DNA of 64,000 nucleotides from Gloeobacterales cyanobacterium (GCA_038245785.1 JBBRSB010000008.1:71823-135822); one strand, 5' to 3'; shown: positions 28,097 to 38,428, numbered from the stretch's first letter. Program-made: numbers and translations. Notes: generated by a model not told the origin, from the letters alone.

Positions 28097-30817
28097 ATGA
28101 TTGAAACCAGCTCAAACCATGAGTATCAAGTCGGAGGCAGTCTTGACAGTGACGCGCCTAGTTATGTGACGCGAAAAGCTGACTCGGTTCTATATCATGC
28201 CTTGAAAGCTGGTCAGTTTTGTTATGTACTCAACTCCCGCCAGATGGGCAAATCTAGCTTGCGGGTACGGACTATGAAAAGACTGCAAGCCGAAGGAACG
28301 GTCTGCGTTTTTATTGACCTGACGGGGATGGGGAAGCAGGACGTAACCCCAGAAAAATGGTATGCAGGAATCGTCCAATCTCTAGTAAGCAGTTGCCAAC
28401 TTGCCCCTAAAATCCAATGGCGGACTTGGTGGCGAGAACGACAGGATCTGCTGTCCCCCGTACAGCGGTTGAGCCTGTTTATTGAAGAAGTCCTGTTAGT
28501 TGAGGTCAAGCAAAATATTGTTATTTTCGTCGATGAAATCGATCGTGTGCTCAGCCAGAAATTCTCTCTTGATGACTTTTTTGCCCTGATTCGCTGTTTT
28601 TTGGAACAGCGTGACACCCATCCTGACTACAAGCGCCTCACATGGGCACTTTTGGGAGTAGCAACACCTAGCAATTTGATTCGAGATAAGACACAAACTC
28701 CATTCAATATTGGCAAGGCGATTGAACTCAAAGGGTTCGACGCTAACGAAGTTCAGCCCTTAGTCGCAGGTTTGAAAGGGAAAATTGAGCATCCCGAAGT
28801 GGTTATTAGGGAGATATTGGACTGGACAGGCGGACAACCCTTTCTCACCCAAAAGCTGTGCAAACTGGTTATTCAGGAAGTAGAGAAAGAGGGGAATCTC
28901 CATTTAGTTGAGCAAGTGGTCAAGTCGCGCCTGGTGGAGAACTGGGAAGTGACCGATGAGCCAGAGCATTTACGGACAATTCGAGACCGGATTCTCAGAA
29001 ATGAAGAGCGAGTTGGACGTTTACTGGGACTGTATCAGCAAATTTTACAAAAGGAAGAGATTGCCAGTGATGGCAGTGCTGAACAGATGGAATTGCGCCT
29101 GTCGGGGTTAGTAGTCCAGCGACAGGGCAAGCTCAAGGTCTATAACCGCATTTATGCAATGGTTTTTGACCAAACTTGGCTGGAGCGAAAATTAGCTGAA
29201 TTGCGCCCCTATGCTAGTGCCATTAACGTCTGGATTGCTTCAGAACGTCGAGATGAGTCGTCCTTATTGCGGGGACAAGCCTTACAGGATGCCTTAACTT
29301 GGGCATTGCCAAAGAGCCTCAGCGATCTAGATTATCAATATCTAGTCGCCAGCCAAGATTTAGCCAAAAGAGAGGCACAAACAGCACTAGAGGCCACAGA
29401 ACAAGCAAGCCAACTCCTCGCATCCGCAAGACAAACAGCCCAGCAAGCAGTCCTCAAACAGCGAATAAAGTGGGATTGGATACCCAAAATTGCTTTATCC
29501 GTCACCGCGCTTATCCTGCTGTTGCGCTTCAGTGGACTGTTACAAGGATTAGAGTGGAATCTGCTGGATCAGTTTTTTCGCTGGCGGCCCTTAGAACCAC
29601 CCGATGTGCGAATTACCCTGGTCACTATTGATGAGTCGGATCTCACTAAAGTTGGACAGTGGCCTATCCCAGATCGCGTCTTAGCTCAGGCGATCGCCAA
29701 AATCAAGGCCCAAAACCCCAGGGCCATTGGATTGGATATCTATCGAGATTTACCCGTTGAGCCGGGGCATACAGACTTGGTGCGACTGTTTCAATCCACC
29801 CCTAACTTATTTGGGGTAGAGAAAGTCGTAGAACCCAGGATTGCTCCACCTCCCACCCTTAGCCAGCGCCACCAGATAGGTTTTACAGATCAGGTAGTGG
29901 ATGGAGATGGGAAGGTGCGCCGTGCTCTATTGTCGGTCAGACTCTCTGATGGCGATGTGCGCGACAGTTTGGCGTCGAAGCTGGCACAGCAGTACCTTAA
30001 AGCTGAAGGCGTGAATATAGAGGAGTCAAGTGACAAGGTGCGCCTGGGCAAAGCCATCTTTCATCGTTTTGAAGGCAATGATGGGGGCTATATCCGCGCT
30101 AAATCTGGAGGTTACCAGGTATTGCTCAATTTTCGTGGTCCGCAAGCGAGTTTCTCAACCGTCTCGCTCGAACAGGTGCTTAAGAATCAAGTTCCCCTCA
30201 ATAGTTTTCGTTCTCGCCTGGTGATTGTTGGTGCAACGGCTGAAAGCCTCAATGATCTCTTTAACACGCCCTACAGTGGCAATTGGTTCAGTTCTCCTCA
30301 GCCCATGGCAGGAGTCTTCCTCCATGCCAATATTGCCAGCCAAATTATCAGCGCTGCGCTGGAAGGGCGACCCCTGCTTCGCACCTGGGAAGAGCCGCTC
30401 GAAGGGCTGTGGATTTTGGCATGGGCAGGGGTAGGGGCCGCCGTAAGCTGGTGGTTCAAATCCCTCCCTGACCTTATGGGCAGCATCTTCCTTGCCTGTG
30501 GAGGACTCTTAGCAGGATGCTACCTTGCCTTTCTAGGAGGTTGGTGGGTGCCTGCTGTTCCTTCCCTGATGGCGCTTTTGGGAGCGGCAGTGGCTTTATC
30601 AATAGTTTCCAATAGACAACGGGACAAGCTTATATTTCAGCTTACCTTGTCAAAACTTCTATCCGTTCAGAAAGACTATCCAACCGTAGGACGCATTGCG
30701 CTTGAATACCTTAAGCAATCAGAAACGAAGGAGAACCAAGTTTTTATGGAGCAACAGTTGAAGCGTGAAGTTCCTGAATCCGCTCCGTTGCAATCGCATC
30801 CAGTCCCGCCGATTTAA
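28097..30817 (+). CDS. AAA_35 NTPase fused to TM-CHASE2-TM sensor
   Basis: YQVGGSL..DAPSYVTR.AD, SRQMGKSSL, FVDEID, WTGGQPFLTQKLC; CHASE2 WPIPD, IGLDIYRDLP, D.DGKVRR, MAGVFLHA; three C-terminal TMs. Confidence 0.9.
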   Translation: MIETSSNHEYQVGGSLDSDAPSYVTRKADSVLYHALKAGQFCYVLNSRQMGKSSLRVRTMKRLQAEGTVCVFIDLTGMGKQDVTPEKWYAGIVQSLVSSCQLAPKIQWRTWWRERQDLLSPVQRLSLFIEEVLLVEVKQNIVIFVDEIDRVLSQKFSLDDFFALIRCFLEQRDTHPDYKRLTWALLGVATPSNLIRDKTQTPFNIGKAIELKGFDANEVQPLVAGLKGKIEHPEVVIREILDWTGGQPFLTQKLCKLVIQEVEKEGNLHLVEQVVKSRLVENWEVTDEPEHLRTIRDRILRNEERVGRLLGLYQQILQKEEIASDGSAEQMELRLSGLVVQRQGKLKVYNRIYAMVFDQTWLERKLAELRPYASAINVWIASERRDESSLLRGQALQDALTWALPKSLSDLDYQYLVASQDLAKREAQTALEATEQASQLLASARQTAQQAVLKQRIKWDWIPKIALSVTALILLLRFSGLLQGLEWNLLDQFFRWRPLEPPDVRITLVTIDESDLTKVGQWPIPDRVLAQAIAKIKAQNPRAIGLDIYRDLPVEPGHTDLVRLFQSTPNLFGVEKVVEPRIAPPPTLSQRHQIGFTDQVVDGDGKVRRALLSVRLSDGDVRDSLASKLAQQYLKAEGVNIEESSDKVRLGKAIFHRFEGNDGGYIRAKSGGYQVLLNFRGPQASFSTVSLEQVLKNQVPLNSFRSRLVIVGATAESLNDLFNTPYSGNWFSSPQPMAGVFLHANIASQIISAALEGRPLLRTWEEPLEGLWILAWAGVGAAVSWWFKSLPDLMGSIFLACGGLLAGCYLAFLGGWWVPAVPSLMALLGAAVALSIVSNRQRDKLIFQLTLSKLLSVQKDYPTVGRIALEYLKQSETKENQVFMEQQLKREVPESAPLQSHPVPPI

Positions 30818-31508
30818 GAAAAGCAGTCCAGTTGTCAGTTAAAGTCCTATCGTTTTGGGCGCGTCTCGCTTCCGCGAAGGAGGCTAGCGCGTCATACCAA
30901 TATCCTTGTTTCCCGTACCAGGCGGCTTGCTGTAATGCTGTTCCCTGTTTTGGCGGTTGAGAAAGGGCAACGCGGCGTACCCATGAGGCGACGACCGGAT
31001 CGTTAGGATTTGGTCTTTCCCCGCAAACCAATACCACGGCCCACTGATAGGTTTTGCCTACTTCCAAAGGAGGGGAATTATCCGAAGGCTTGAGGCTGAT
31101 AATGCCAGGTGTCCCTGTGATCGGGAAGAAGGTTTGGGAGTGGGGCTTGGTCCCATCCTCTCGGATGCTTAATACTGCTTGCCTGGCAGAGGTTGCGGGC
31201 AGATGAACAAAAAAGGTGGGATGTTCTGCTAGCGTTAACCCTCTGTTCGTTGTCGGAACGAGTGCCCTAAATGGGGGGGTGTTGGCTGTAGGGGCGGTAG
31301 CCTCTTGCGTACACTGCCCTCCACGGGAGCCTGCGCCTGCGGTCCGGTCTGGCAGGTTGTCATCAGGAGGGGGCGTAAAGGAGACTATGGTGCTCACATG
31401 AGCGCTTCCGGCTGAAGTGCTGTCAGCGGATTGTGCAAGGGTTGGTTCAGCCCCGATGAGCAATAGCCCAACGGTCAAAAGGTTGAAATAATAGTAGTTA
31501 TGTAGCAT
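30744..31508 (-). CDS. Secreted DUF928 domain protein
   Basis: Signal peptide; P.RTAGAGSRG, GLTLAEHPTF, YQW, GYWYDAL, W..FL.SAGL. Confidence 0.9.
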   Translation of the reverse strand: MLHNYYYFNLLTVGLLLIGAEPTLAQSADSTSAGSAHVSTIVSFTPPPDDNLPDRTAGAGSRGGQCTQEATAPTANTPPFRALVPTTNRGLTLAEHPTFFVHLPATSARQAVLSIREDGTKPHSQTFFPITGTPGIISLKPSDNSPPLEVGKTYQWAVVLVCGERPNPNDPVVASWVRRVALSQPPKQGTALQQAAWYGKQGYWYDALASFAEARRAQNDRTLTDNWTAFLKSAGLDAIATERIQELHASTVAP

Positions 31509-31666
31509 TTTTCCTGATTCTCCAAGTTCTATAGGCTCTAGAGCATGGGTACCAACTGCCAGGTCCAGGATTCTGGTTACTATCCGTTGGCCTGACCTTA
31601 ATTTGTCAAACGGACCTTACTTACGGAAGGTTACCTAAATACTACTCACTGCCACTTCTTAATGCC

Positions 31667-31699
31667 ATTGAACAATCTTTCGGTTCGATTTTTTAATCC
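31667..31699 (-). promoter_or_regulatory. Shared upstream motif, copy 1
   Basis: ATTGAACAATCTTTCGGT-N7-TTTAATCC; 17/18 identical to 38966-38983. Confidence 0.55.
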
Positions 31700-31794
31700 C
31701 TCTCCTGACGGAATCAGACTTTTCCCTACATTCTCAATCTCAAGGCTGATTTATTGGGTTTGGTCAAAATACACATGAGTAATAAACTGCATAG

Positions 31795-34674
31795 CTATAG
31801 CCAATTTCCCACTAAAACAAAAGGTGCCCAGTAAAAAGGCTGTTGATATTTGGGGGAATGCAACAGAGATAGTTGGGCTTGACGCAGGGCATCTGCCTTC
31901 GAGACATTGGGCTGATTGAGGGCTTCATAAAATTTAGTCATGAAATCTGCCGTTGATTCGTCCTCTACCGACCAAAGCGTGGCTAAAGTACTGCGAGCCC
32001 CTGAACGTACAGCAATCCCCGCCAATCCCAAAGCGGCTCGTTTATCCCCCGCTGCCGTCTGACAGGCACTCAAAATCAACAATTCAATGGGACTGCGGAC
32101 AAATTGATTGCGTTCTCGCAGCAACTGGTCTAAATTTTTAACATTAATTCGTTCATCCCAAGTTAATAAAAAAGTATCTTCTGCAAGGGATGAAAACTGA
32201 CCATGGGTTGCCAAATGAACAATCGAAAAAGCATTCGACTGGATTTTAGTTTCTAGGGGAGCGCGGATAAATTCCCCATTCAAAAGAACTTTTGTAGAAG
32301 CGATTTTAGCTATATTCTTGACTTCCTGAGTAACACTGGGAAGAGCAGAAAATCCGAGGCGACTTTCTGTTAATCCTCCTATCAAAACGCTTGATTTTTC
32401 TAAGGAGGGGCGGCGGGGATTGAACAGTTGCAGCCCTGGTGTTAGGGCAACATTGTATTTCTCAATCAAATACTGCTGTCCATCATGAAGGGCGGAGACG
32501 GGAACTCCGCGTAGCACCCCATCCAGGACAAAGACTAAGGTTTTGATGCCATTTTTAGCTAAATCTGGTTCCGCCGGGCGTATTAACCAGTTGTAAATTT
32601 GCTGGGATGGAACTAGGGGATTTGGACTAGAGATGAACGGGTTTAAGGTGGCAACTAAGTCATCGAAGGTGCGTTCTACTTCTCCTGCTTCTCCTGCGCC
32701 CGAACTAGGAGCTAGTGCTGTCCCATAGTAGCGGAGAGGACGTCCAGGGATAGATAAAATGACGGCGATGCGTTTCGGCAAAATAATCGAATAGACAACC
32801 GCCGCTTTCGGATCAAGCTGGTCGATTTGTTGCGGTTTTCCCTCTAGGCAGGCTTCCTGAAAGAAGTTGTTGAGTTCTGCCAGTTGGAGCGCTTCAATGA
32901 CGTCGCGGGCTTTTTTGAGATTATCCTGACTGACTTCCCCTTGGGAAATAGAGGTCGTTGAGGGTTGCAGCAGTAAATCAACCAGCTCTCGATAGACGGG
33001 TTCAACGCCGTCCCGAAAGGTAAACTGAATGTCGGGATTGGTGGCCACTAAGTCCTGGCGCAGGGATTGCAAGAGTTGAAAGGCTAGGCTATAGGCAGCG
33101 ATTGCCTCCTTCGGTTTTTCCTGGAGTTGGTACAAGCGTCCTAGCTGCCACTGCCAGAGATAGGCAAGTTCCGGGGTATCAAAAGCAGAAAGTCTCTGTA
33201 AGGCCTGTTCGGTCAACTGTTGCGCTTCTCCCCATTTCCCCATCTGTTGAGATACGGCGGCTAAATAACCAAGGGCGTTGGCTTCGGCTTGCTTATCTCC
33301 CAAGCTTTGAGCCTGCTGAAGAGCAGCCATTACCCGTTGGCGAATTTCTGGCAGGTCGGGAATCTGAGAAGGATTGAGGGCCTTAGCCTTGAGGCTTTTA
33401 CCAGTTTGCTTAACCGGAAAACAGGATTGGAGGATAGGAGAGGATAAAGCGGCAAAATTTCCTGCCTGTCCTGATTTTTCTTGGTTTGATTCAGCCTGAA
33501 GGCACAGCAAATTTTGAGCCAGTTTGAGTTGGGCAGAAACGGCTGTCCGACTCAGCGGTAAGCGATCAATCTGAGATTGAATGTTCGGCAGTAAAGTGGG
33601 TATTTCTGTCTTTTGCTGCGTCTGGATCGCTAGGCTGAGTAAGTTTAACTGTGCTTGTGCCGTTATGCTTGGCGAGGCTTCTGATTCGGCTTGGCGATAG
33701 CAGTCTGCCGCCTGTTGATAGAATTCAACGGCCGTAGCATAAGTCGTTCCTGAAATACAGGCAGCAGGTTTCAGGGCTGTCCCTGGTTGATTGGTTTTTC
33801 GAGACAAAAGTTTTTTATTGCCTAAAGCCCGAGCCGTATTCCCTAGGCTGAGATAAATTGCCCCCAGGTCCGGATATTTCTCTACTTGTTGTGCTAACTG
33901 CAAGCTCTTGATCAAGACCATTTGGGACTGTCCGGTTTGTCCAATCACGCGCAGGACGTTGCCAAGACTGCGTAATCCTAAGATTTGTTGGGGGAGAGAC
34001 GGCGAAGCTTTAAGGGTTTGTAGTTCCGTCTTTGATATCTCGCATTTTTGGGCCTTGAGTTCTAAGGCGTCTAGTAAAGTTTGGCAAGCCCTCGGATACA
34101 GCCCTAAATCTTGTAATGCCTGTGCCTGGTTAATCTTGCTTCCCAGCACACCCTCTGGACTACCGCTTTCTTTGTGAATAGCTGCCGCCTGTTGCCAGGT
34201 CTCTAAGGCGTTTGATCGTTGTCCGACGGCTAGTTGCAGTTGTCCCTGAATGTCTAGGGTTGAGGCGAAGATAGGCTGTTGGGCAGGGGTTTTGGGCAGA
34301 GTTTGTAGAAGATTCAAACTTTGGGCGATTGCAGTTTTTGCCTCATCCCATTTTCCCCGTTGTTGCTCGGTTAGGGAAAGATTGCTTAAGGCCATGGCCT
34401 GATTGAGTTTATCTCCCCGTGCAGCAAGAGCGTCAGCCGCCTGTTGCCAGACCGCCGCCGCTTCCTCGAACTGTCCGGCTTGATAGAGTCCTCTGCCTCG
34501 TTCCACAAGCTGGGAGGTATCCTGTTGGGTTTTAGGAATCGGGGTTGCGAGAGCAACCTGGGCGTTAAACAGTGGAAAGGCCAGAGCAAGGAGGAAGGGC
34601 AGGGCCAGCATCCTCGATGACGAAACGCTGCGAGCGAATCGCTGTATGTACATTTCTGGGATTTTATGACTCAT
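31795..34674 (-). CDS. Secreted TPR + CHAT (caspase-like) protease
   Basis: Hydrophobic N-terminal signal; TPRs; intact IVHLATHG and LILSACQTA dyad; PFYWAPFVLVGNWL. Confidence 0.92.
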   Translation of the reverse strand: MSHKIPEMYIQRFARSVSSSRMLALPFLLALAFPLFNAQVALATPIPKTQQDTSQLVERGRGLYQAGQFEEAAAVWQQAADALAARGDKLNQAMALSNLSLTEQQRGKWDEAKTAIAQSLNLLQTLPKTPAQQPIFASTLDIQGQLQLAVGQRSNALETWQQAAAIHKESGSPEGVLGSKINQAQALQDLGLYPRACQTLLDALELKAQKCEISKTELQTLKASPSLPQQILGLRSLGNVLRVIGQTGQSQMVLIKSLQLAQQVEKYPDLGAIYLSLGNTARALGNKKLLSRKTNQPGTALKPAACISGTTYATAVEFYQQAADCYRQAESEASPSITAQAQLNLLSLAIQTQQKTEIPTLLPNIQSQIDRLPLSRTAVSAQLKLAQNLLCLQAESNQEKSGQAGNFAALSSPILQSCFPVKQTGKSLKAKALNPSQIPDLPEIRQRVMAALQQAQSLGDKQAEANALGYLAAVSQQMGKWGEAQQLTEQALQRLSAFDTPELAYLWQWQLGRLYQLQEKPKEAIAAYSLAFQLLQSLRQDLVATNPDIQFTFRDGVEPVYRELVDLLLQPSTTSISQGEVSQDNLKKARDVIEALQLAELNNFFQEACLEGKPQQIDQLDPKAAVVYSIILPKRIAVILSIPGRPLRYYGTALAPSSGAGEAGEVERTFDDLVATLNPFISSPNPLVPSQQIYNWLIRPAEPDLAKNGIKTLVFVLDGVLRGVPVSALHDGQQYLIEKYNVALTPGLQLFNPRRPSLEKSSVLIGGLTESRLGFSALPSVTQEVKNIAKIASTKVLLNGEFIRAPLETKIQSNAFSIVHLATHGQFSSLAEDTFLLTWDERINVKNLDQLLRERNQFVRSPIELLILSACQTAAGDKRAALGLAGIAVRSGARSTLATLWSVEDESTADFMTKFYEALNQPNVSKADALRQAQLSLLHSPKYQQPFYWAPFVLVGNWL

Positions 34675-34698
34675 AGATAGTCATAATAGCCATTCCTT

Positions 34699-34752
34699 TT
34701 AAAATGCTGGGCAATCGATCAGATTCTCTTTCAGGCGTTGGGGACCTGTAAC
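34699..34752 (-). pseudogene. TpsA C-terminal relic 1
   Basis: Translates VTGPQRLKENLIDCPAF*, matching the end of intact TpsA (VTGAQRLQENSVGCPAL*). Confidence 0.75.
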
Positions 34753-34883
34753 TATAAAAATCGGCTAACCATTCATGTCATGGCTTTGGATTGTTTGTTT
34801 CACGATTATTCTGGGCGTTCATGGACTGACTTAAACGCATAGTATTATCCATTATTTATACCAGTAGACTAGAAGCATCCAAG

Positions 34884-35225
34884 ATGGCCATTCAGCAGAC
34901 TCCCATGACAGCTGTTATCTCAGAACATATCCAAATTACCCCTGGCGTCTGCGGAGGCAAACCCCGCATTGCAGGTCATCGCATTCGTGTACAAGACATC
35001 GTGATCTGGTATGAACAGCTCAATATGTCCCCCGACGAAATCGTCTACCACTACCCCAGTATTACTCTGGCTGATGTCCACGCTGCCCTTGCCTATTACT
35101 ACGACCATCTAGACGAAATTCGCCAGGATATCCGCGAGAGCGAAACCTTTACCAGTCAACTCGCTGCCCAAACTCCTTCTATTCTGCAGCGCAAACTCAA
35201 AGAAAGAAATGCCAGGGCAGATTAA
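34884..35225 (+). CDS. DUF433 family antitoxin-like protein
   Basis: TPGVCGGKPRIAGHRIRV, ADVHAALAYY. Confidence 0.9.
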   Translation: MAIQQTPMTAVISEHIQITPGVCGGKPRIAGHRIRVQDIVIWYEQLNMSPDEIVYHYPSITLADVHAALAYYYDHLDEIRQDIRESETFTSQLAAQTPSILQRKLKERNARAD

Positions 35226-35304
35226 GTTTCACCTTGATGAGAACGTCAGCAATGCTGTGGCCGAGGGCCTACGTAGCCGTGATAGCCATTTCCTGGGCAA
35301 TTGA
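35209..35304 (+). pseudogene. DUF5615 PIN-like toxin, truncated
   Basis: MPGQIKFHLDENVSNAVAEGLRSR, then homology breaks at the TpsA relic and the frame stops. Confidence 0.75.
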
Positions 35305-35386
35305 CCGGATTTTTTTTCAAGCGTTGGGCATCCGTAACGGTCGAGTTGGAGGCGGTGAGGACGACTTCGCTATTATCGCTGAGGCA
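35282..35386 (-). pseudogene. TpsA C-terminal relic 2
   Basis: Translates LSDNSEVVLTASNSTVTDAQRLKKNPVNCP, versus FGKNGEVVLTAYNPAVTGAQRLQENSVGCP in intact TpsA. Confidence 0.8.
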
Positions 35387-35496
35387 CTCAATATCGTTGC
35401 CCATCACCTGCTACAGACACCCTCCCCATCGCAACCGAGCATCTTTCGGCAGTCGGTGTGCATGGGCGTTTTTGTGCTGCGTCGCTTACACAACTT

Positions 35497-35823
35497 TCAG
35501 GAGACTCCAACTTCTATCACTTCTCCTGGAGTAATAGTATTCAACACATTACGAACATCTGGCATCAGAGGCACTAAATCAGGAAGTCTATTGCTGCGTG
35601 ATACGAGAACAATGACAGCCACTCCGGCTTGCTGTAAGTTTTGTTGATAGCGCAAATTTTGATCGGTGGTGAGTAAAATTGTGAAGCCCTCTTGACTCAT
35701 AAGACGCAGCAATTCTCCGTTCTTTTTTCCTGACCATCCCATTTCGACAGCTGTGCGTATTTCGTAATCAGCAAGTTCACGCTTTAAGGGGCGTGGGGCA
35801 CATTCATCAAGCAGGATTCGCAT
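35497..35823 (-). CDS. DUF5615 PIN-like toxin
   Basis: MRILLDEC, GWSGKKNGELL, LLTTDQNLRYQQN. Confidence 0.85.
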   Translation of the reverse strand: MRILLDECAPRPLKRELADYEIRTAVEMGWSGKKNGELLRLMSQEGFTILLTTDQNLRYQQNLQQAGVAVIVLVSRSNRLPDLVPLMPDVRNVLNTITPGEVIEVGVS

Positions 35824-36031
35824 AGGCTGTCAGCATTTCCTTTGCTAACTCCAGAGCTGCGATCGCTTGCTCACGCTTAACACTTGGAAAATGATCTAAG
35901 AATTCATCCAGTGGATCACCTGCTTCGAGATAATCGAGCAAAGTTTTCATTGGCACACGAGTCCCAACAAAAACAGGAGTTCCTCCCAGGATGTCAGGGT
36001 CGCTATGAATAACACGCGCCGCAGTTGTCAT
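35807..36031 (-). CDS. DUF433 family antitoxin
   Basis: DPDILGGTPVFVGTRVP, LDEFLDHFPSV; coupled to the PIN gene. Confidence 0.9.
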   Translation of the reverse strand: MTTAARVIHSDPDILGGTPVFVGTRVPMKTLLDYLEAGDPLDEFLDHFPSVKREQAIAALELAKEMLTAYANPA

Positions 36032-36139
36032 ATAAGTGTATCTGGTAGCAGGGCTCCCTTTGATCTTAGCCTATTGATAATGGCAAAACTCTCCTTCCGC
36101 GCGTCGCTCCGCCATAAATCCGGTCACTGGGAATGCCCT

Positions 36140-38428
36140 TCAAAGCGCTGGGCAACCGACTGAATTTTCTTGCAGGCGTTGGGCACCCGTAACAGCGGGG
36201 TTGTAGGCGGTGAGGACAACTTCGCCATTTTTGCCGAAGCTCCATCCTTGGGCAGGGACAATCGGATTTTCGACTTTTGACTTTTGATTTTCGATTGGAA
36301 CAGTGTTCGAAGAAGTTTTTTGGGCTTCAGCCACGATACTGGGAGCAGGTTTCACTAACCCCACCTGAGTTGCCCCGCTGCTAAAGTCATCGTTAAGGTT
36401 CGGGGGTAAACCGCCTCGTCCTGTGCGGGTAAATTGGCTTTGAGAACCCCGTTTACAGGGACTTTGGGCAACAAGAGCGTTGGGATCTACCACTGTCTCC
36501 GGTATTTGCGTAACGCCTTGGTTGGGGTCAACGGTGCTGGTGAGCTGCACCTGTCCAGATGCCCCAAACTCAGAACTGGCATCAATGTCATTGCTCCGAT
36601 TCCCAGCGATGGCTTTACGTTCAGCAGTGCCGAAAATGCCCTGAGCCTCAATTCTGATGTTGCCGCCATTGCCCCTTTCTGCTTTAGCAATGATGTCGCT
36701 ACCATTAGGTCCTGACGGGAAGAGAAGCACAAAGGTGGGGTCAATCAGGATGTTGCCGCCCTTGGCATCCCCAAAGGCGGTGGCAGAAATTAAGCTTTCG
36801 TTTTCTAACCTCAATAGGTCTCTGATTTGTAGAGTAATATTTGCTCCTTCTGTTACTCCACTCTTTCCCGTTTCGGCGGTGATAGAGCCTCGGTTCAGAG
36901 ATAGGGAATTAGCATTAATAGTTAGATTGCCTGCCTGACCTGTACTCCCATCAACCGCAGCAACAGATATGACTCCTCCATTTTGAACCACCAAGCGCCC
37001 TGTATTTATTTTTAAGTCCCCTCCCTTACCATTAACTGTAACTGTTGGATCTCCGCCATTAGTTGTAGCAAATAAGCCACTCTTGTTAAATCGTTTATTG
37101 CGTGATACTCCACTGCCACTCACTTCCACAGAGTCCGAGGCATCTACGCTTACTTTTCCAGCATTTCCAGAGCCAAAGGTAGAGCTTGTAATTTGTCCCC
37201 CATCCCGGAGAATCAACCGCTCTGTTGTCACCATTAAATCGCCAGCATTGCCGTCACCAAAAGCCTGAGTAGTTAATCGAGCACGCGTCCCTCTACCATT
37301 GACTTCAACAGATTTAGTAGCATTGACAATTAGATTTCCTCCTCGCCCAGCACCATCGCTAGATGCATCAATAAAGGAGCCATTACTAACAGTTAACCGC
37401 CCTGTTGTAATTTTTATATCACCAGCCCTCCCGGCAGCTTCAGGCAAACTTCCAGTAGTTAATTCCCCACCGTCCAATTCTACTGATTCAGAGGCATTTA
37501 ATGTTATATTTCCACCAGAGTTGGCTCCTTCGTTGAGTGTCACTACTTGTGAATTCACTACTCCTGAAGGGCTAGTTATGGCAATTCGCCTGCCATACAA
37601 TTGGATATCCCCACCACTTTCACCTCTTGTGGTGGCCAAAGCATTTTGGGAGAGTTGAATATCCCGAAAGTTCTCCACACCCTCATAGCCAAAAGCCCAA
37701 CCGAAAGACATTGGAGTTAAGTGAACTAAACTGTTACCCGCGACACCACCCAATTCTATTCTTGCTCCTGGCGCACGGATAGCACCACTCTCCATCAAAA
37801 TATCACCTCCGAGAAGGGCTATGGTTTTACCAGACTGAACCTGGAGGCCATTCTTTTCCTTTGTCACAAAATCTTTTACTGTAGAGCGATTAGTAATTTT
37901 TCCTGGTGCACTGCCAAAGCGCAAGCCAAGAGGAAGATTGACTGTTAATAGAGGTGGAACTTTGGGATTAGAAGCCCTAAACTCAAAGCTGTTATCAAAG
38001 ACAATGCCATCGGCTGACGAAGCGACAAAAGATCCCCGTAAATCTAACTGAGCATTCGTCCCAAAAATAATTCCATTAGGATTAATTAAAAAGAGATTGG
38101 CATCGCCTAAAACGCCAATTTTACCTAAAATATTTGACGGATTGTTGCCAGTGACGCGGGTAAGTATGTTGTCAATTATTGATGGGTTGGTAAAGTATGC
38201 ACCTCTTCCTTCCTCGGCGTTGAATTCTGAGAAACTATGGAAGAGATTACTCCCCCGAATCGCTCCCCCTTCGATTACGGAACTAGGCGTTCCCCCAACA
38301 TTATCCTGCCGGACAACAGAACTTTCTTTGCCTAACGTATTATCTGGGATGATTTGTGCTTGACTCAGGCTGGTTGTCGCTAGAAAGCAAAGAAAAAACC
38401 ATCCAGGAAGATTATAGTTAGACAACAT
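36140..38428 (-). CDS. Filamentous hemagglutinin-family TpsA exoprotein
   Basis: Signal AQIIPD.TL, NLFHSFSEF, LINPNGIIFG TPS domain, G.AG.I beta-helix repeats, TGRGGLPP and AQGW C-terminal motifs. Confidence 0.92.
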   Translation of the reverse strand: MLSNYNLPGWFFLCFLATTSLSQAQIIPDNTLGKESSVVRQDNVGGTPSSVIEGGAIRGSNLFHSFSEFNAEEGRGAYFTNPSIIDNILTRVTGNNPSNILGKIGVLGDANLFLINPNGIIFGTNAQLDLRGSFVASSADGIVFDNSFEFRASNPKVPPLLTVNLPLGLRFGSAPGKITNRSTVKDFVTKEKNGLQVQSGKTIALLGGDILMESGAIRAPGARIELGGVAGNSLVHLTPMSFGWAFGYEGVENFRDIQLSQNALATTRGESGGDIQLYGRRIAITSPSGVVNSQVVTLNEGANSGGNITLNASESVELDGGELTTGSLPEAAGRAGDIKITTGRLTVSNGSFIDASSDGAGRGGNLIVNATKSVEVNGRGTRARLTTQAFGDGNAGDLMVTTERLILRDGGQITSSTFGSGNAGKVSVDASDSVEVSGSGVSRNKRFNKSGLFATTNGGDPTVTVNGKGGDLKINTGRLVVQNGGVISVAAVDGSTGQAGNLTINANSLSLNRGSITAETGKSGVTEGANITLQIRDLLRLENESLISATAFGDAKGGNILIDPTFVLLFPSGPNGSDIIAKAERGNGGNIRIEAQGIFGTAERKAIAGNRSNDIDASSEFGASGQVQLTSTVDPNQGVTQIPETVVDPNALVAQSPCKRGSQSQFTRTGRGGLPPNLNDDFSSGATQVGLVKPAPSIVAEAQKTSSNTVPIENQKSKVENPIVPAQGWSFGKNGEVVLTAYNPAVTGAQRLQENSVGCPAL

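Noticed and set aside
35234..35647. 137-aa plus-strand ORF
   Set aside because: Chimeric read-through of a toxin stub, an antisense TpsA relic and the antisense PIN gene.
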